30,111 nucleotides of DNA, from IMG/VR virus record IMGVR_UViG_3300026270_000019, positions 1 to 30,111 of that record, one strand, 5' to 3'. Below are positions 25,485-30,111 of the stretch, in pieces. Positions within the stretch are counted from its first letter, which is position 1. Each line of letters begins with the position of its first letter. The position numbers and the translations under genes are program-made. The DNA comes from a virus. Lineage: Duplodnaviria > Caudoviricetes. Under the pieces are notes generated by a model that ran no database searches, was not told the DNA's origin, and saw nothing but the letters and a program-made list of their open reading frames with translations.

Positions 25485-28400
25485 TGGCAAGTATCACACA
25501 AAAAATAAATACAGTTAATGGTGGTATATCCCAACAACCTGATGAATTAAAAGTTCCCGGTCAAGTTGTTAAAGCTACAAATGTATTGCCTGATGTAACT
25601 CATGGTTTACAAAAACGTCCGGGAAGTAAACTTATATCGTCCTTAAGTAATGGGACAAACAATTCTTATACAACTGGCAAATGGTTTAGTTATTACAGAG
25701 ATGAAAATGAACAATATATAGGACAAGTAATTAGACGTAATGGTCATGCTGATGACGGCAAGATCAGAATGTGGAGATGTTCAACATTTCAAGCTAAAGA
25801 TTCTAATGGTGTTCTCCAAACTTATCCAGCTGGAGGGGAGATAAATGTTGTTGGTGACACAACTGCAATCACTTCATATCTACAACACAGTGATGACGAT
25901 GACATACAGACACTAACTCTTAATGACTTTACCTTTATAAACAACAGAACTAAGCCAACTGCAATGGCTTCAACTATTGAACCAATACAACAGAAACAAG
26001 CATTTGTAGAATTAAAACAAGTTAAATATGCTAGTCAATATCAATTAGACATTTTTAACAGTACAGCAACTAATAGTCTTATTGAAACAAGTACAGCAAC
26101 TAAATTAAATGTAACCTATAACCTTGGAACAGCAGCCACACATGTTCAAACAGCTGGTACTTGCGACAGTGTAGGTACTGAGTTATTTACTTTTAACAAC
26201 GATGGCACTGTTGGTCAAACTGGTAATCAATTCAAATCACATGTAGATGCATCTGGTAATGCAGTAAATGGTAGAGGTAAAAATTTATATTTTAGAATAA
26301 CTAGTACTGGACAACCAACGACAACTGGAGGAGCAACACCAACATATGTTTGTCGCTACCAAGTAAAAATAGATCTTTTATATGGAGGTGAAGGGTTTAA
26401 AACAGGCGATAAGATAGTTGTCGAAATGAGAAATGCAGCACATACTACTTCTCAATACACAGTAGAAATTGAAGAAGCAAGTAGTAGTTTTGTAGCAGCT
26501 AACTTATCTTTAGTTAGACCTTCTCCTACACCATTTGATGGTGAAACTGCTATCACAGCTGATGGTATTTTAGCAGCCTTAAGATCTGAAATATTAGATC
26601 CAACAAATTCTGCTGTAGACCCTGCAACTACAACAGCAAATTATAGTCAATCAGAAAATACAGCAACCATTACCATGAATACAACTCATGGTTTCCAAAC
26701 TGGTGACACAGTAAATTTAACTTTTACTCCAACTAAAAGTGATGCTTTTAATAAAATGTTTAATGGAACTTATACAGTTACAGTACCAACAGGAAATGTA
26801 AATCAATTTACAGTAGATAGAACTGAAAACACAAATAATGGAATTGCTAATGGATATACTGATACTGGTACAGTTACAATTCCAACGACTGGGACAGGTT
26901 TTGTTGTTGAACAAATAGGTAATGGTTTATGGATAAAAAGATTTGACGGTGCTTTTAATGTAAATACTGGAGTGTCTGAGTTATTAAATGTACTAACAAA
27001 TGAAGTGCAAGATGTAGCTGACCTACCTAAACAATGTAAGAATGGTTATATAGTAAAGATTAGAAATAGTGCTAATGATGAAGATGATTATTATGTAAAA
27101 TTCATTGCTAATAATGGTTTGAGTGGAGAAGGTGTTTGGGAAGAATGTGCAAAACCCGGCAGAAAGATTGAAATTGATAAATCTACTATGCCTATCCAAC
27201 TTGTACGGACAAGTCCAACACAATTTACATTGTCTCAAGTTGATTATGATAATTGTCAAGTAGGTGATGAAAATACTGCACCTGAACCAAGTTTTATATC
27301 ATCAACTGGTAATACCAGATATATCAATAAAATGGTTTTCTTTAGGAATCGTTTGGTATTTCTAAGTGATGAAAACGTAATCATGTCAAGACCGGGCGAC
27401 TTTTTTAATTTCTTTCCTAAGTCTGCAATAGCTGCGTCTGCTGAAGATCCTATTGATTTATCTTGTAGTTCTGAATATCCAGCTATTGTTTACGATGGTA
27501 TTCAAGTTAATACAGGTTTAGTTTTATTTACTAAAAATCAACAGTTTATGTTGACTACAGATAGTGATGTTTTAAGTCCTTTAACAGCAAAAATAAATTC
27601 TTTATCTACTTATAATTTTAATGAAAAAACTAACCCAGTTTCTCTTGGGACTACTATTGCATTTTTAGATAACGCTGGTAAATTTACTAGAATGTTTGAA
27701 ATGGCTAGTGTTCTTAGAGAAGGTGAGCCAGTAATACTTGAACAAAGTAAAGTTATTTCAAAACTATTTCCAAAAGATATAAATTTAATAGCTAATAGTC
27801 GAGAAAATTCCTTTATAGCATTTGCTGCAAAAGGTGGTACTACTCTATATGGCTATAAATATTTTACTTCTGGTGAACAAAGGTTATTACAATCTTGGAT
27901 TACATGGGAACTATCAGGGGAGATTCAATATCTATGTATGTTAGATGATTCAATCTATGCAGTTGTACGAAATGGTACTACTGATGTAATGCAAAGATTT
28001 AATTTGAAACTGACTGATGATTCAACTGAAAGTATTACACATACTGATAAAACTTATAAAGTTTATTTAGATAACATATCTGAAATTGCAATATCTACAG
28101 GTACTTATAATGCTTCAACAAATATCACATCTTTTCCTAAGCCAAATGGTTATACAGGCAGTAAACAATTAGCTGTTTATGACATAGATCAAGATGATGA
28201 TCTTGGTGTTTATGTATCTAAACGATCTGATGGGACAAGTGCAGTTAGTATTCTTCCCGATAATAAATTACATGTTGACGGCGATTGGTCTGGTCATATA
28301 AAAACTATTAATATAACTAATCAAGGTACTGGATATACTATAGCTCCAGTAATAAATTTTACTGGCGGAAATGGTAGTGGTGCTATAGCTACTGCTAACA

Positions 28401-29068
28401 TTGCAGATGGAAAAGTAACAAGCATTACTATTAATAATGATGGTTATAATTACACAGCTGTTCCAACAATATCTATAGGGACTCCGTGGCAAGCCAATCA
28501 AGCATATCTAGTAGGTCAACAAGTAACTAATAATGGTCAAGTATATACATGTAGCACAGCTGGAACTTCTGCTTCCTCTGGTGGACCAAATGGATCAGGT
28601 ACTAACATTGCAGATAATACAGTTAGATGGAATCATGCTGGAGTTCAAGCTACTGCTACAGCAACTCTTGATGATACTAAATTCCTACTTGGTTATCTTT
28701 ATGATATGGAAGTAGAATTTCCTAAGTTTTTCTACACCAAACAATCTGGTACTAAATATGTAACTGACGTACAAAGTAATTTAATCATACATAGAATTAA
28801 ACTTAATTTTGGACCATTAGGACTATATGAAACCACGTTAAAACGTATCGGTAAGAATGATTATGTTGAGACATTTGAATCACGTTATGCTGACCAATAT
28901 GCTGCTAATACTTTAGTTATAGATCCTGAGCAAGAAGTTACCTTACCTATATACGAGAGAAATACAAATTACACATTAACACTTAAATCAAGTCACCCCT
29001 CACCAGCCACACTTTATTCATTGGCATGGGAAGGAGACTATTCATCCAAACTATATAAACGTGTCTAA
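25484..29068 (+). CDS. Tail tubular protein B (gp12) with inserted accessory domains
   Basis: GGISQQPD, GLQKRPG, FFRNRLVFL, C-terminal WEG; 1194 aa. Confidence 0.93.
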   Translation: MASITQKINTVNGGISQQPDELKVPGQVVKATNVLPDVTHGLQKRPGSKLISSLSNGTNNSYTTGKWFSYYRDENEQYIGQVIRRNGHADDGKIRMWRCSTFQAKDSNGVLQTYPAGGEINVVGDTTAITSYLQHSDDDDIQTLTLNDFTFINNRTKPTAMASTIEPIQQKQAFVELKQVKYASQYQLDIFNSTATNSLIETSTATKLNVTYNLGTAATHVQTAGTCDSVGTELFTFNNDGTVGQTGNQFKSHVDASGNAVNGRGKNLYFRITSTGQPTTTGGATPTYVCRYQVKIDLLYGGEGFKTGDKIVVEMRNAAHTTSQYTVEIEEASSSFVAANLSLVRPSPTPFDGETAITADGILAALRSEILDPTNSAVDPATTTANYSQSENTATITMNTTHGFQTGDTVNLTFTPTKSDAFNKMFNGTYTVTVPTGNVNQFTVDRTENTNNGIANGYTDTGTVTIPTTGTGFVVEQIGNGLWIKRFDGAFNVNTGVSELLNVLTNEVQDVADLPKQCKNGYIVKIRNSANDEDDYYVKFIANNGLSGEGVWEECAKPGRKIEIDKSTMPIQLVRTSPTQFTLSQVDYDNCQVGDENTAPEPSFISSTGNTRYINKMVFFRNRLVFLSDENVIMSRPGDFFNFFPKSAIAASAEDPIDLSCSSEYPAIVYDGIQVNTGLVLFTKNQQFMLTTDSDVLSPLTAKINSLSTYNFNEKTNPVSLGTTIAFLDNAGKFTRMFEMASVLREGEPVILEQSKVISKLFPKDINLIANSRENSFIAFAAKGGTTLYGYKYFTSGEQRLLQSWITWELSGEIQYLCMLDDSIYAVVRNGTTDVMQRFNLKLTDDSTESITHTDKTYKVYLDNISEIAISTGTYNASTNITSFPKPNGYTGSKQLAVYDIDQDDDLGVYVSKRSDGTSAVSILPDNKLHVDGDWSGHIKTINITNQGTGYTIAPVINFTGGNGSGAIATANIADGKVTSITINNDGYNYTAVPTISIGTPWQANQAYLVGQQVTNNGQVYTCSTAGTSASSGGPNGSGTNIADNTVRWNHAGVQATATATLDDTKFLLGYLYDMEVEFPKFFYTKQSGTKYVTDVQSNLIIHRIKLNFGPLGLYETTLKRIGKNDYVETFESRYADQYAANTLVIDPEQEVTLPIYERNTNYTLTLKSSHPSPATLYSLAWEGDYSSKLYKRV

Positions 29069-29519
29069 ATATATTCACCCTGCAACCTTAGAAGCTGCAA
29101 TTGCTGTAGCTTCTAACTTGCTACCAGAAGACCGTATGGAAGTCGTAGAGGGTCATGGACATGATCCTGAAACTGCATTAATCATTGGAGCAAATTCCTG
29201 TGATTCAGTGTACTTTAAAGTTCCAAATGGTGACATAGCAGGTATGGCTGGAGTACATAATAATGGACAGATCTGGATGCTCTGTACACCCGCCATCCTT
29301 AAGTATCCTCATACGTTTGCTAGAGAAGCAAAACGTTATGTAGAAAGTAGACAAGAAGAGTTGCTGTGGAACATTGTTGATAAAAGAAACAGAGTCCATT
29401 TAAAGCTACTTAAATTCCTAGGGTTCAAATTTTTAAGGGAATTAAAACACGGACCTAATAATTTATCCTTTATAGAATTTTGCCGTGTGCGAACCAACAG
29501 CTATTGTAGCGGGCGTTAG
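29061..29519 (+). CDS. gp13-like protein (internal virion protein A, GNAT-like fold)
   Basis: LLWNIVDKRNRVHLKLLKFLGFKF; synteny. Confidence 0.82.
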   Translation: MSKYIHPATLEAAIAVASNLLPEDRMEVVEGHGHDPETALIIGANSCDSVYFKVPNGDIAGMAGVHNNGQIWMLCTPAILKYPHTFAREAKRYVESRQEELLWNIVDKRNRVHLKLLKFLGFKFLRELKHGPNNLSFIEFCRVRTNSYCSGR

Positions 29520-30111
29520 CGGTGGACTTAATGCAATTGGACAAGCCCAAGGTATATCTGCACAAAATGCAGCTAATCGTAGAAATTGGGAATATCAAAT
29601 GGAAACCAGAAAAAGAAACTGGTATCAAACATTATCCATTTGGGGAGCCAAAAAAAATAAGTACTACCAAGACTTAAATGAGAATGATTTAGCTGCACAG
29701 CGTGGTTATAGCCAAGCTCAGGTAGGTCTAAACAAAGCTTTCGCAAAAGCTATACAAGACAATGAAACATCACTAAAAAAATATTTACAATCAAGTGGTA
29801 AATTATCTGCTGCGGGCAGAACTGGTAGATCAATTGATCGTATAAATATTTTAGATATTGGTGAATTAGAGAGACAGGCTGGTAGAAGACAGTATGCTTT
29901 AACCCAGTCAAAAGAAGCATATAAAGCAAATATAGAAAACATACAGAGACAGCAGAAGAGTGCAAGAAATCAACTATTTAGTAATGTTGCTTTTGCACCT
30001 GTTCCTGATGTAGCACCGCCACCTCCAGTACAAAGAAGTGCAGGAGCTGCATTATTTATGGGATTAGCTGGAGCTGGATTAGATGCATTTGGTGCATATA
30101 AAGCTGCTCAA
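29485..30111 (+). CDS. Internal virion protein (gp14-like), 3' partial
   Basis: GTG start, MCEPTAIVAGVSGGL...; open to the window end; MCEP start as in T7-like gp14. Confidence 0.8.
   Translation, partial: MCEPTAIVAGVSGGLNAIGQAQGISAQNAANRRNWEYQMETRKRNWYQTLSIWGAKKNKYYQDLNENDLAAQRGYSQAQVGLNKAFAKAIQDNETSLKKYLQSSGKLSAAGRTGRSIDRINILDIGELERQAGRRQYALTQSKEAYKANIENIQRQQKSARNQLFSNVAFAPVPDVAPPPPVQRSAGAALFMGLAGAGLDAFGAYKAAQ

Noticed and set aside
228-29965. Minus-strand and nested alternative-frame ORFs in the track
   Set aside because: Shadows of well-supported + strand genes; T7-like genomes are transcribed from one strand

Overview
About 30 kb of a T7-like marine cyanopodovirus (Autographiviridae, P-SSP7-like, probably infecting Prochlorococcus). 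All credible genes lie on the + strand. The window appears circularly permuted: it opens with late right-end genes (terminase, talC), crosses a non-coding putative genome-end region (~2940-3740), then runs through early small ORFs, a MarR-like gene, integrase plus attP (5' half of tRNA-Leu-TAA), RNA polymerase, replication genes (SSB, endonuclease, primase/helicase, a split DNA polymerase, exonuclease, MazG-like, class I RNR alpha/beta), and structural genes (portal, scaffold, capsid, tail tube A/B, internal proteins) with an hli/psbA cassette. The most notable unannotated signals are: (1) three tRNA-like acceptor+T-arm modules, each followed by A(C/A)TT and a hairpin, in transcript leaders; (2) a 26-bp motif present after the terminase gene and inside the RNAP gene, a candidate phage RNAP promoter; (3) a ~430-nt structured early non-coding RNA; (4) a glutamine-II (downstream-peptide) riboswitch with a YRG peptide ahead of the capsid gene; (5) the same beta-rich domain inserted in both the capsid and tail tube B. 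All calls come from reading the sequence; no searches or folding programs were run.
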